A stretch of 64,000 nucleotides of DNA from a virus, in the IMG/VR virus record IMGVR_UViG_3300028364_000026, positions 24,630 to 88,629 of that record; one strand, written 5' to 3'. Positions within the stretch are counted from its first letter, which is position 1. Each line of letters starts with the position of its first letter. The position numbers were made by a program, and so were the translations under genes. The notes below the pieces were generated by a model that saw nothing but the letters and a program-made list of their open reading frames with translations, was not told the DNA's origin and did not search any database. Positions 17,037 through 27,072 of the stretch are shown in pieces.

Positions 17037-18437
17037 ATGGTAATACACACATATTTTGAAAAAAATAACACCATAGTAAGTAATACAAGTGCTAATACTG
17101 GTCTAAACCCAGTGGCTGAACTTTACTATGGTGGTCAATCAAATGAACAAGCTTACAGTAGGTTTATTTTTAAGTTTGATGAGTCAAGACTAAAAGAATT
17201 AGTTGAAGACAAAACCTTCACTGATTTAAGTAAATTAAAACATACCATTAGAATGACCAACACTGGTTCTTTCGATAAAGAACTATTAAATAAAAATATG
17301 GGGTCAAAAGCAAGAACTTGTTCTTTTGATTTAATTGTTTTTGAAATAAATCAGGATTGGGATAATGGTGTCGGTTATGATTATTTCTTACCTATCTTGG
17401 AAACTGGTGTTGATGTTTCTTTTTCAAATAACGCATCAAATTGGACCAACGCTAAAACTGGTCAAAAATGGACTAATGGTATCGGAGTTTATTCTGGTTC
17501 ACCTGTTGTTATCTCATCACAACATTTTGATAAAGGTAACGAGAACATAGAGCTTGATGTAAGCGACTACGTAAACAATTTGTTAAGTAATAGCGGAGCC
17601 ACAAATTATGGTCTAGGAATAGCGTTTGAAGACTCATTTGAACTAATGAACACCATTCAAAAACAATATGTTGGGTTCTTTACGAATAACACACAAACAT
17701 TTTATGAACCATATCTTGAAACAGTCTATTCTAACCACATTAGAGACGATAGGAACAACTTTTTCTTAGATAAGGTAAACGAGTTATACTTATACGTAAA
17801 TGTTGGGGGAAACCCTACTAATTTAGACGAATTACCTAACGTTAATATTTTAAATTCTAACGGAACTATAATTAATACGTATCTACCATCAGATATCAAT
17901 CAAATAACCAAAGGTGTTTATAGTATTTCACTTCAAATAGACACTAATGATAATATTGAAACGATGTACTATGATGTTTGGACTAATTTAATAATAAATG
18001 GTGTTGCTAGACCAAACTTAGAAATGTCCTTTGTCCTTAAAGACTCTGTGGATTATTATAATATGAATGGGGATTTTGTCACTAAAAAAGTTGCTGTTTC
18101 ATTATCAGGTCTACAAGATAATGAAAAAATAAAACGTGGGGATATTAGAAAAGTTCGTGTTTCGACAAGAATACCTTATACCGTGGAACAATCACAAACT
18201 ATCACCGATATTAAATATCGCCTATACATTTTAGAAGGACCAAGTGAGTTAACGGTAATCGATTTCCAAGCTGTTGAAATGGCAAGCAATTATAGTTATT
18301 TTTTATTAGATACAGCTAGTTTACTTCCAAATAAATATCATTTAGATGTATTGGTTACTTCTAATTTAGAAGTAACTACATTAAAAACTGTTATGCAATT
18401 TGAAATAATTAATCAAGTAGAGTTAAGAAAGTTTTAA
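17037..18437 (+). CDS. Probable virion structural protein (beta-rich)
   Basis: SRFIFKFD...WDNG..D...FYEPYLE pattern; late box at 17016-17024. Confidence 0.6.
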   Translation: MVIHTYFEKNNTIVSNTSANTGLNPVAELYYGGQSNEQAYSRFIFKFDESRLKELVEDKTFTDLSKLKHTIRMTNTGSFDKELLNKNMGSKARTCSFDLIVFEINQDWDNGVGYDYFLPILETGVDVSFSNNASNWTNAKTGQKWTNGIGVYSGSPVVISSQHFDKGNENIELDVSDYVNNLLSNSGATNYGLGIAFEDSFELMNTIQKQYVGFFTNNTQTFYEPYLETVYSNHIRDDRNNFFLDKVNELYLYVNVGGNPTNLDELPNVNILNSNGTIINTYLPSDINQITKGVYSISLQIDTNDNIETMYYDVWTNLIINGVARPNLEMSFVLKDSVDYYNMNGDFVTKKVAVSLSGLQDNEKIKRGDIRKVRVSTRIPYTVEQSQTITDIKYRLYILEGPSELTVIDFQAVEMASNYSYFLLDTASLLPNKYHLDVLVTSNLEVTTLKTVMQFEIINQVELRKF

Positions 18438-18478
18438 TAAACTATTTATGATAAAATAAAATAGTTTATATTTATACA

Positions 18479-18552
18479 TATACGTTAACCAAGTATTAGT
18501 TTTGAGCGATAATATGGCTTTAAAGTTGTTTAGGCAACAAAAAAATTAGTAC
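18479..18552 (+). ncRNA. Candidate structured 5' leader (three-stem junction)
   Basis: P1 18493-18503/18542-18552, P2 18504-18507/18517-18520, P3 18525-18529/18534-18538. Confidence 0.4.
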
Positions 18553-18578
18553 GATAATAAAATTAAAAGTTAAATAAA

Positions 18579-19385
18579 ATGAATTTAAACAATCCTACGG
18601 TTAATATTACCGTAAACAAAAGTAGACTTAAACGCTACACGAGCATTAATGAAATGCCAACTTACTTCTTAAGAAATCAATCTGAATTTCAAATTGAAAT
18701 ATTTAATCCAACAGATAATGTTGTTATGGCTAAAATAAAACTAAATGATAAATCGATATCACAAGGTGGTTTGGTTATTAAACCTGGGGAAAGAGTTTTT
18801 TTAGAGCGTTATTTAAACAATCCAACTAAATTTCTATTTGAAACCTATGAAGTTGAAAACTCAAATGAAGTTATATCCGCAATTAAAAATAATGGCGGTA
18901 TAAAAGTTGAATTTTATGAAGAATTAATCTATACTAATCTATTACCAAATTATCAAGACCTTCGTTTTAATCTATTCGATGCTAGTTCTAATAATACTGC
19001 TGGTAATTATAATACTTTGGGTAGTACCACTAATGCGGTGACGACCACCACCCCATACGCAACTACCACCTCAAACTCTTCAATTTTTTCAACCAATTCT
19101 TTTACTGACAACCAATCACTTAATAGGGCAATTAATGTAGGTACATCTTCAATGGCAATAGAAACTGGTAGAGTTCAATCTGGTGGTTTTTCCGAACAAA
19201 AAATGGTAAAAGTTAACAAAAATTTTTCATATGTACCATTTTATTCCGTTGAATATAAACTATTACCTATTTCACAAAAAATAAATACAGTTAAAGATTT
19301 AAACGTAAAAGTTTATTGTAAAAACTGTGGTAAAAAAGCTGGTAAAACCGACAGATTCTGTGGTTCTTGCGGTTTTAAATTATAA
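18579..19385 (+). CDS. Hypothetical protein with C-terminal zinc ribbon
   Basis: CKNCG...FCGSCG. Confidence 0.8.
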   Translation: MNLNNPTVNITVNKSRLKRYTSINEMPTYFLRNQSEFQIEIFNPTDNVVMAKIKLNDKSISQGGLVIKPGERVFLERYLNNPTKFLFETYEVENSNEVISAIKNNGGIKVEFYEELIYTNLLPNYQDLRFNLFDASSNNTAGNYNTLGSTTNAVTTTTPYATTTSNSSIFSTNSFTDNQSLNRAINVGTSSMAIETGRVQSGGFSEQKMVKVNKNFSYVPFYSVEYKLLPISQKINTVKDLNVKVYCKNCGKKAGKTDRFCGSCGFKL

Positions 19386-19413
19386 TAAAATAATAAGGTT
19401 AACGTATAATTTA

Positions 19414-19443
19414 ATCCCTAACTTTTAGTTAGGGATTTTTTTT
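19414..19443 (+). terminator. Intrinsic terminator
   Basis: ATCCCTAACT-TTT-AGTTAGGGAT followed by T run. Confidence 0.8.
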
Positions 19444-19462
19444 GTAACTTTGTTAAAAATAA

Positions 19463-20023
19463 ATGTTAAACAAAATAATCTATAACTATTTAATGAATTC
19501 GTTAATTAACGAATCTTCTACCATTAAAATAACTAATACAGAAAAACTAGATTTGTTCATTAAAGAAATGTTAGTTAAAAAGAAAGAAGAAACTCACCAT
19601 AAGTCCGATTCTTTTAATCAAGCATATCGTTTAAGAACTGGAATGGGTGGTGAGATGGCTCTAGAGCAATTCTTAGGTAAAAACTTTGTTGATTTAACAA
19701 TCGGAGACTCAAATGATTATCATGTCCCAGACCTATCTAAAATAGGGTTAAATGTAGGGATTAAAACCGTAGAGTTAGGTAAGTACCCAGTTATCTTTAA
19801 AAAATCCGAAAGACCAGAAATTATCGTATTAAGGTTAAGTGATGAAGTCTATTCAATAATCGGGTTAGTTACCACCAAAGACTTAAACAGTTATCAAGAT
19901 GATAGTAAAATTTTAAGTCCTAGTCTAAAAGCTAGAGGGACCAAGACTGCATTTGTTGGATTAAATAAAATTAAACCTTTTTCAAACTATGAAGAATTAA
20001 TTGAATTGTTAAATATTTGCTAA
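19463..20023 (+). CDS. PD-(D/E)XK nuclease-like protein
   Basis: GMGGEMA...PDL...VGIKT. Confidence 0.45.
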   Translation: MLNKIIYNYLMNSLINESSTIKITNTEKLDLFIKEMLVKKKEETHHKSDSFNQAYRLRTGMGGEMALEQFLGKNFVDLTIGDSNDYHVPDLSKIGLNVGIKTVELGKYPVIFKKSERPEIIVLRLSDEVYSIIGLVTTKDLNSYQDDSKILSPSLKARGTKTAFVGLNKIKPFSNYEELIELLNIC

Positions 20024-20085
20024 CTATTTTTAACAGACAAATATTACCATTACCTTTACAGTCAAATAAATAAAAAAAAAACATT

Positions 20086-20310
20086 ATGGCAACTATCACA
20101 AGAAAACAAAGAGTTTTAACTGCAATGACAACACATGGTTCAATTAGTCCATGGTACGCCATTAATCAACTTGGTGACACAAGACTTTCAGCATCTATTT
20201 TTCAATTAAAAAAAGATGGGTACGATATTTCAACAGAAATGGTTAAAGGTAAAAATAAGTTTGGTGATGAAATTAGATACGCTAAATATTCATTGGTTCC
20301 AACCCCGTAA
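20086..20310 (+). CDS. Small winged helix-turn-helix protein
   Basis: GSISPWYAINQLGDTRLSASIFQLKKDGYDI. Confidence 0.65.
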   Translation: MATITRKQRVLTAMTTHGSISPWYAINQLGDTRLSASIFQLKKDGYDISTEMVKGKNKFGDEIRYAKYSLVPTP

Positions 20311-21294
20311 TTATTTAAAAATTTTAGAATTAATTTCATTTGAAAACGAATTAACTAAATCAGATAAAATATTTGAATAATCGTATTTTTCAGAATTACT
20401 CACCAGCATTGATTTAATAAGTGACGTTGTTATTTTTTTACGGTTAGTAAATTTATCTAATTCTAAAACGTAGGTAAAACTATAAATATCGTCATATAAA
20501 CTATTAAGTTTTTTTGGTTCGATATTTATAGTTATGTTAATTGAATGTGTTTTCCCATAACTATAAACGCTAGTATAAACGTTATCTATCTTATATTCAC
20601 CATTACTCAGATTAATTTCTCTATCTTTTAGGTAATCGAATGAATTTTCAGATGGTAATTCATATGATTGTTTTTTATTCACATCATCTGGTGTGAAAAT
20701 ATATTGTAATTTTACCTTTTTTGGTGTGTTATATGTTTTCTTAACGATATTTAAAAACAATTTAGCCTCTTTTTTATTTGGGAATATGACAGAACTTGTA
20801 TCTTCTTTATAGTTATCTTCTGCACTCTCATAGTCATAAGAACTACTACAATATTGGATAATGTAGTCGTTATCTGAGTCTAAAATTATTCTACTCCCAT
20901 TATTGTACTCATCAACGTAAATAGTTGTACCATCTTCTAATTCAACTCCAGCATCGACCGTACCAACTATTTTTTTACCTAATAAAACTGACGAAGTAAC
21001 AAAATTATTAAGTTCAGTTTTTTTATTTTTTTCTTTTTCTTCATCTTCCCGATAGTTTTTATCGTAAGCTATATCATCGTCTATATGACGCTTAATGTTA
21101 AAATCACTAATATCTTCTTCTCTATATATTTTTAGTGCTCTCCTTAAAGAATTTTTTAGACCATCCCCTTCTTGTGAGTCAATATAACTATCAAAATCGA
21201 AATCCTCGTTTATAGTATTTTTTTTACTGATATATCTTTGTTCAAACAAAAAATTAGCGTTTAATATATTACTTAATTTATCTATTTTTCTCAT
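20311..21294 (-). CDS. Hypothetical protein
   Basis: 327-aa ORF. Confidence 0.75.
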   Translation of the reverse strand: MRKIDKLSNILNANFLFEQRYISKKNTINEDFDFDSYIDSQEGDGLKNSLRRALKIYREEDISDFNIKRHIDDDIAYDKNYREDEEKEKNKKTELNNFVTSSVLLGKKIVGTVDAGVELEDGTTIYVDEYNNGSRIILDSDNDYIIQYCSSSYDYESAEDNYKEDTSSVIFPNKKEAKLFLNIVKKTYNTPKKVKLQYIFTPDDVNKKQSYELPSENSFDYLKDREINLSNGEYKIDNVYTSVYSYGKTHSINITINIEPKKLNSLYDDIYSFTYVLELDKFTNRKKITTSLIKSMLVSNSEKYDYSNILSDLVNSFSNEINSKIFK

Positions 21295-21308
21295 AACTTT
21301 TAATATAA

Positions 21309-21764
21309 TTATCCTTGTCTGATAATGTTGTACCCATCTATCTGTTGTAATTCATTACCCATTAAATTTATTTTAGTTTCATCATCTGATTTAATTTCAC
21401 CTTGTTCATCGCTACCATAATAAAGATTACAAGCTTCATTTTCGTCTATTTGGATAAACTCAACTTTCTCTATTTTATCCATCCACCCAAATGTTTGTTC
21501 GATTAAATCATCCTTTGTTAATTCCCCGTCAGAATCTAAAAAATTACCATTGGGAAGTGCTACAACAACATGACCATCTTCAAAATCGTACTCCCAATCA
21601 CCTAAATGTTCCCACCCTTCTTCTTTAAAATAACCTCTAATAACGTATATTGGTAAATTATGTTTTCTATGTAATGCTACAGCATAAAAATTACATCCAC
21701 CCATATTATAATCAACCTCGTTTAAAAGGTTTTCTCTAAGTAATTTTTTTATAAACTTTTTCAT
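21309..21764 (-). CDS. Putative Cys-His-Asp (papain/transglutaminase-like) protein with IKKLLRE tag
   Basis: GGCNFYAVAL, GHVVV, FLDSDG. True start likely ATG 21764, after the late box at 21768-21776. Confidence 0.55.
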   Translation of the reverse strand: MKKFIKKLLRENLLNEVDYNMGGCNFYAVALHRKHNLPIYVIRGYFKEEGWEHLGDWEYDFEDGHVVVALPNGNFLDSDGELTKDDLIEQTFGWMDKIEKVEFIQIDENEACNLYYGSDEQGEIKSDDETKINLMGNELQQIDGYNIIRQG

Positions 21765-21799
21765 AGTAATAAATATCACAAAATATGTTAAACCTTCAT

Positions 21800-21851
21800 T
21801 TAAATTATCCTTAGAACATAATGGTTGAAGATTAACTAAACCCCAACACAA
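21800..21851 (-). pseudogene. Possible relic of an HNH endonuclease C-terminus
   Basis: CWGLVNLQPLCSKDNL between two late-promoter boxes. Confidence 0.4.
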
Positions 21852-21890
21852 ACGAACTCATTGGTAATATATTATAAATATCTTTATAAA

Positions 21891-21924
21891 ACAAAAAAAG
21901 TCTCATAATTGAGACTTTTTTTGT
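21891..21924. terminator. Terminator downstream of major capsid gene
   Basis: ACAAAAAAAGTCTCA-TAAT-TGAGACTTTTTTTGT. Confidence 0.8.
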
Positions 21925-21945
21925 TTATATAAGAAAGACAGTTTA

Positions 21946-23751
21946 TTATCTTAATTCGTTAATGTTGAATGTTGGTACACCATCTACTCTAATATGTCCG
22001 TAAAATCTGTTGTTTACAACTTTTTTAGCGTAACGTGTCATAATTCCCTTCACTGGAGCGAAGTTAAATGGGTTATACATTGTTGGTGTCAATTGTAATG
22101 GCACGTATGGTGCATAAATATAACCAGTATCTAACAATGATTTTCCTTTGTGTCCAATAATTACTGAGTAAGCTGGAGCGTAAGGGTCACGATAAACTTG
22201 GTAACGACCACTTAAAGCACCGATTCTTTCAATACCCATGTTGTACTCATCTTGTTCTGGGTTAGCATCACTTACGTGGAAGTATTCTAAATCATCAAAA
22301 ATAGCTGATATTTCAGAAGAAACTACGATAAAGTTAGCACCACCTCTAAGAGTTGTTTTGTGGATTTGAGCAGAAACTTGGTTAATCTTAGTGATTAATG
22401 TTTGATTCCAATCTTTTTGAGTATATGGTTGAGCACCTTGAGAAGCACGTCTCCAACCATTATAGTCAAAACGCATTTGCCATGCAGCAGCAACACGAAG
22501 GTCTCTTAAAATTTCACGGTCAATTTCAGCAGCAACTTGCTCAGAAAGCATTGCAGTTAATTCAGCTTCAGCGTCAATGTTTTGGAACGCACTAACGTCT
22601 TGTGCTAGTTCTGGAGACCATGTAGCTCTTAATTTTCTTTCTTCTACAGAAACAACAACTTCATCTAATCTGAAAGAAACTTCTCCCATTTCAGTTTCAA
22701 GTTCTAATGATGCGTAATTAGCCCATGCTGAAGTAAATGTGAAAGCAGAAACAGTAGTTGCAGAAGCACCAATGTAACCGTCATAACTTCCAGTTCCACC
22801 AGCAGCAAAATCAATTGGGTGACGTAAATCTAATTCTAAGAAACAAGTTCCACTTCCATCAGTTAGGTAGTTAGAAGTATTTCCCAAAGTTGATGGTGTC
22901 TTAGTTTTAGTTACAATACCTTGACCATATTGTTGAGTCACTAAACGGAAAGGAATTTCCTTACCAGCACCTATAATCTCTCCACCATCTCTATCTAAAA
23001 TACGTTCTTCTGTAACGACACGTAACGAAGCTAAAAATGATTCAGTATCCATTTGGTTACCATCAGCACCAGTCATTACTTCTCTACCGTTAGTGATAAC
23101 ACTTGCAGAAAAACCAGAGATACCTACGATAATACTTCTTAATGAACCATCAGTTGCTAAAGGCAATACATCTTCAGCAGCGGCTGGAACCATAGCACCA
23201 GCATCGTTTAATGTGTAAACAGTGTTAGCACCAGTTACAATAGTTAAAGTACCTTTTGAGTTATCAAACAATCCGTCATTGTAGAACGCATCGTATAAGT
23301 TTTTCCCTAAGAATGGAGTAACTTTACAAGCAGCGTCATCAATACAAGAAGGAATACCGCTTTTCATGTTAGTGTGTGAGAACGTACCAGCCGCTTCTCC
23401 TTCTCCTTCAATACGAGAAGATGTTTGTGGTACAAAGAAGAACAATTTACCAATTGGCATGTTCATAGCTTGTACAGACACAATGTCGTTAGCTAATAAT
23501 TTTGAAAAGACTCTACGTACAATTGGGAAAACAACTGTTTGAAATGAACCAGAAGACTGAGAATCAGTACTTTCAGTTAACATAGTAGCAGCTTGATTTT
23601 CGTACAATTGGCCAATGTTTTCTCTAACGTGACCTACAAGACCATCTAGGAAACCTAATGAACCCCATCTCTCTTGCGTCTCTAAACGAATAGATTTCAT
23701 GTGGTTATACGAGATTTTACCAACTTGCCCTGAATTTAATAAATGTGACAT
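21946..23751 (-). CDS. Major capsid protein (T4 gp23-like)
   Basis: VQAMNMPIG, RKLRATWSPELAQD, AEIDREI, GYIYAPYVPL, GIMTRY. Confidence 0.95.
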   Translation of the reverse strand: MSHLLNSGQVGKISYNHMKSIRLETQERWGSLGFLDGLVGHVRENIGQLYENQAATMLTESTDSQSSGSFQTVVFPIVRRVFSKLLANDIVSVQAMNMPIGKLFFFVPQTSSRIEGEGEAAGTFSHTNMKSGIPSCIDDAACKVTPFLGKNLYDAFYNDGLFDNSKGTLTIVTGANTVYTLNDAGAMVPAAAEDVLPLATDGSLRSIIVGISGFSASVITNGREVMTGADGNQMDTESFLASLRVVTEERILDRDGGEIIGAGKEIPFRLVTQQYGQGIVTKTKTPSTLGNTSNYLTDGSGTCFLELDLRHPIDFAAGGTGSYDGYIGASATTVSAFTFTSAWANYASLELETEMGEVSFRLDEVVVSVEERKLRATWSPELAQDVSAFQNIDAEAELTAMLSEQVAAEIDREILRDLRVAAAWQMRFDYNGWRRASQGAQPYTQKDWNQTLITKINQVSAQIHKTTLRGGANFIVVSSEISAIFDDLEYFHVSDANPEQDEYNMGIERIGALSGRYQVYRDPYAPAYSVIIGHKGKSLLDTGYIYAPYVPLQLTPTMYNPFNFAPVKGIMTRYAKKVVNNRFYGHIRVDGVPTFNINELR

Positions 23752-23780
23752 AATTTTTTTTTGTTTTTTTTTTTTAATTA

Positions 23781-25058
23781 TTAATATTTGTTTTTATTCT
23801 CAACTCTTCTCATCAATTCTATGATTCTTGTCGTTGAAGGGTCAACATATGCTGTGCTTTCATTCAATTGTTTTGAAGAGCCAGTAGATGCATCCTTACT
23901 GAATTTATTTCCTATTGATTCAGAAATTGGTTTTCTTCTTTCCAATTCATTACCGATAGTTTTAAAAAGTTGTTTTGATTCTTTAATGCTTTTAACATCA
24001 TCAAAACGTTTCATTATATTTTCTTTCTCACCTTTAGTAGTAGAGTGTTCTACGAATAAATTACTTACACTTGCTAAATTAGAATTGAAAATTACTGTTT
24101 CAACTAACTTGTTTCTAAAATCTTTAAGGACAACTCTAAATTGTTCGTTCTCACTTTTTAATTTTTTTGCTTCCGTTAGTAATGCATTGTATTTTTTTAT
24201 TGTTTTTGAAACTAAAGCTTTTGATGCTTCATTGATTGATTTTGGATTCTCAGGTGCTCCAATTGAGCCAGGACCAGTCTTATTACGATTATTACCTACA
24301 CTCATTCCAGTTCCGATACTAATCTTTTCATTAATTGGTTCTTCCTCCTCTTCTTCCTCTTCTTCCTCTTCTTCTTCGTCAGCTGGCATAAAATCATCTG
24401 ATTCATCTGATTCTACATCATCTTCCATTTCAATTTCATACTCAACTTCTTCATCATCTTCACCATCTTCTAACTCCAATGAATCTTCGTCATCCATCTC
24501 CATTGAATCTGTATCCATTTCCATTGAATCTACATCCATTGAATCTGTATCCATTCCCATATCTGGTTTTGGTGAGTTCATACCGTCCATTTTAACTACA
24601 TACTGACCTGGTTCGTTAATATTTAAATGAATTTCATCACCTACAATTTCGATTTCATCATCACCATTTAATTTTTTATAAATTGCGATTATTTCATCAT
24701 CTTCTGCTCCAGTCATATCCATTTCCTCTCCACCTAACACATCTGTGTCCATTCCTAAGTCAGCATCCATTTCTGGACCTTCTAACGAGGTATCAATATC
24801 ACCAAATTCATCATCAACTAAGTCTTCTGAATCTAATTCTAATTCTGTAGAATCTTCACTATCCATTTCTGGTTGTTCCATTTCTTCATCATCATCTTCT
24901 TCCTCATAAACTTCATCCATCATAGATTCCTTAACAAGACCATTAATTTCTTCTCTAGCTACGCTACGAAGTATTTCTTTAGCATTTGAAGTAAGTGTTT
25001 TTTGGATGTTATTAAAATCCAAAACTGCTTCTTCGATTATAGTTTTTTTATCTGTCAT
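23781..25058 (-). CDS. Prohead scaffold/core protein
   Basis: Very acidic, many LxE sites, coiled-coil C-terminus, lies between protease and capsid genes. Confidence 0.7.
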   Translation of the reverse strand: MTDKKTIIEEAVLDFNNIQKTLTSNAKEILRSVAREEINGLVKESMMDEVYEEEDDDEEMEQPEMDSEDSTELELDSEDLVDDEFGDIDTSLEGPEMDADLGMDTDVLGGEEMDMTGAEDDEIIAIYKKLNGDDEIEIVGDEIHLNINEPGQYVVKMDGMNSPKPDMGMDTDSMDVDSMEMDTDSMEMDDEDSLELEDGEDDEEVEYEIEMEDDVESDESDDFMPADEEEEEEEEEEEEEPINEKISIGTGMSVGNNRNKTGPGSIGAPENPKSINEASKALVSKTIKKYNALLTEAKKLKSENEQFRVVLKDFRNKLVETVIFNSNLASVSNLFVEHSTTKGEKENIMKRFDDVKSIKESKQLFKTIGNELERRKPISESIGNKFSKDASTGSSKQLNESTAYVDPSTTRIIELMRRVENKNKY

Positions 25059-25174
25059 TTTTGTTTATTATCTTTATTTTAGTTTTATAGATAAGAATGA
25101 GTCAACCTCATTTGTTAATAAATATATGTTTTTTTATTAAAAGACTTATTTTAGGTAAAAAAACTAAAAAAAAG

Positions 25175-25900
25175 TTATCCTAATAGAAATTTATCTAAAC
25201 TATCGTTTAAATTTTCATTTACTATAGATTTTTTTGATGAAACCCCCTCAACGTATTGAAAAATTTCTTCTTTTTTAACTCCAACCCAAGAACCTGGGGT
25301 TGATGGAGTAGTAACTACATCCCAACAAATAATTTCATAATCGTCTTGAACTATCTGGTCACCATTTCTCCCTTCAACTAAAGAACCTAAACCTCTAGAT
25401 GAAACTCCAATTTTAATTCTATTTCTTAATAGGTTAGCAACTTCATCACCTTTTGTTGAGACAATACCATATTTAATAAATCCAGGAGTCATAAGGATTT
25501 CCATTTTACCAATCAGTGTATTACCTTCCCAAGACGTTTCTACTATGATATGAGAAATTCTATCACCAGCGATAATGTTTGACTCTGGATGGTCTAATTC
25601 ACCCACAGCTCTACGTTCTCTAATCGCTTCTTGATATAATCTATCTTGGTTCTTAAGTACTTTTTCTGGATAAATTCTACCATTACGGTTTAGAATATCA
25701 AACTTTTGTAATACCACATACACTAAAAGTGGTTCAATAACTTCTAACTTAACACCACTTTCTATTTTCTTTATTTCGTTAATGAATACTTGATTTCTTG
25801 GGTCTTCTGGAGATATGTAACCAGCATCGTGTTCGATAAGAATCCCCCAACCACTTTGACCTCGCTTTAATATTGTAGCATCTTTATTTGTACCGTTCAT
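25175..25900 (-). CDS. Prohead protease (T4 gp21-like)
   Basis: NRNGRIYP, GELDHP, GVSSRGLGS, WDVVTTPS. Confidence 0.92.
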   Translation of the reverse strand: MNGTNKDATILKRGQSGWGILIEHDAGYISPEDPRNQVFINEIKKIESGVKLEVIEPLLVYVVLQKFDILNRNGRIYPEKVLKNQDRLYQEAIRERRAVGELDHPESNIIAGDRISHIIVETSWEGNTLIGKMEILMTPGFIKYGIVSTKGDEVANLLRNRIKIGVSSRGLGSLVEGRNGDQIVQDDYEIICWDVVTTPSTPGSWVGVKKEEIFQYVEGVSSKKSIVNENLNDSLDKFLLG

Positions 25901-25937
25901 ATTTTTACTTATATATGTATAAATATGTTATTAAAAC

Positions 25938-25969
25938 AAAAAAACCCCTTAGTTAAGACTAAGGGGTTT
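25938..25969. terminator. Intrinsic terminator
   Basis: AAACCCCTTAGT-TAAG-ACTAAGGGGTTT. Confidence 0.75.
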
Positions 25970-25972
25970 AAA

Positions 25973-26416
25973 TTATTTTTTTCTCTTATTAAATTTAAAG
26001 TATATATTTTCGTTAAATACTTTATCTGTTATGTTAGGAATCAATTCATCTAATGTAGTTCGCATTTCAATTGAATTTGCTGGTATTTCTTTTTCTAAGA
26101 ATAAAGTTATTTCACAACTCATAAAACTACGCTTACCTATTTTAACTCCAGATTTTCGGATATCAAAGTCGATGATTGTTTGTTCTTTTTTAAACCTAGT
26201 TTTTGGTGTTAAATCTAAAAAATTATAGATGGTTTGTTTTGTTTTTTTTCTAATATTTTTTATCACCCTATCATAATCTACATCTCCTACTACTGTTGGT
26301 TCCCCCCATGATGAAATATTAATATAAATCGCTTTCGGATTTTTATTATTTATACTACCAAATACTACATTATAGTTATTTATGTTTTCAATTTTTAATT
26401 CTTTACCAGTCTTCAT
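25973..26416 (-). CDS. Hypothetical protein
   Basis: ORF with late box at 26430-26438. Confidence 0.75.
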   Translation of the reverse strand: MKTGKELKIENINNYNVVFGSINNKNPKAIYINISSWGEPTVVGDVDYDRVIKNIRKKTKQTIYNFLDLTPKTRFKKEQTIIDFDIRKSGVKIGKRSFMSCEITLFLEKEIPANSIEMRTTLDELIPNITDKVFNENIYFKFNKRKK

Positions 26417-26492
26417 ATCTTAATTTTATCATAAATATAATTAAAATAATCTAAGGAAACAACTATTCTTTAACTATTTTTTAACTTTTTTT

Positions 26493-26831
26493 TTACTTAT
26501 TTAAAGTATTCCATAGCGTAAAAGCGATACCTAACATTATTTGCACAAAAGTTATTATTCCAATAGCGGTATTTAATATATTTTTTTGTCTATATACCTC
26601 TTTTTTAGCCTCTAACATTTGAGATGGTGACCATACTTCATGTACTTTATCAATCCAAGCAGAATTAATACTTAAATTTTTTTCAATATTTTTAACATCG
26701 TTTAACTTTAAATTCATTTCATCTAATTTATCGTAAAAATCAGTTCTCATTCTTTCATGACTTTCATTTAGTCTTTCTAATTCTCTTAAAACTAGCTTAC
26801 TGTATTCTCCCCATGTATCTTTGCTCTCCAT
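26493..26831 (-). CDS. Coiled-coil protein with C-terminal transmembrane helix
   Basis: AIGIITFVQIMLGIAFTLW. Confidence 0.7.
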   Translation of the reverse strand: MESKDTWGEYSKLVLRELERLNESHERMRTDFYDKLDEMNLKLNDVKNIEKNLSINSAWIDKVHEVWSPSQMLEAKKEVYRQKNILNTAIGIITFVQIMLGIAFTLWNTLNK

Positions 26832-27058
26832 TATTGTTGAATAGTGTTTAATATTTTAGTGAAAGTTGAAATTGTGTCCTCATACGTTTTCACTTTATTT
26901 TTAATGGTTTCTTTTTTAGAAAGTTCTTTATTACTCTCTATTAAAAACCCTTTTAAATGTAAAACTATTGTTTTATACTGACTGTTTATTTCATCTATGC
27001 AAAGCTCATCACTTAGCTTTCTCAACTGTAGTATATTTTCGTTTGGAACTTTTTTCAT
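26831..27058 (-). CDS. Hypothetical protein
   Basis: TAATG coupling to next gene. Confidence 0.65.
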   Translation of the reverse strand: MKKVPNENILQLRKLSDELCIDEINSQYKTIVLHLKGFLIESNKELSKKETIKNKVKTYEDTISTFTKILNTIQQ

Positions 27059-27072
27059 AATAATATTTAATT

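Noticed and set aside
23788-24606. 272-aa Ser-rich ORF on the + strand
   Set aside because: Antisense shadow of the acidic scaffold gene (GAA/GAT codons read as Ser/Ile).
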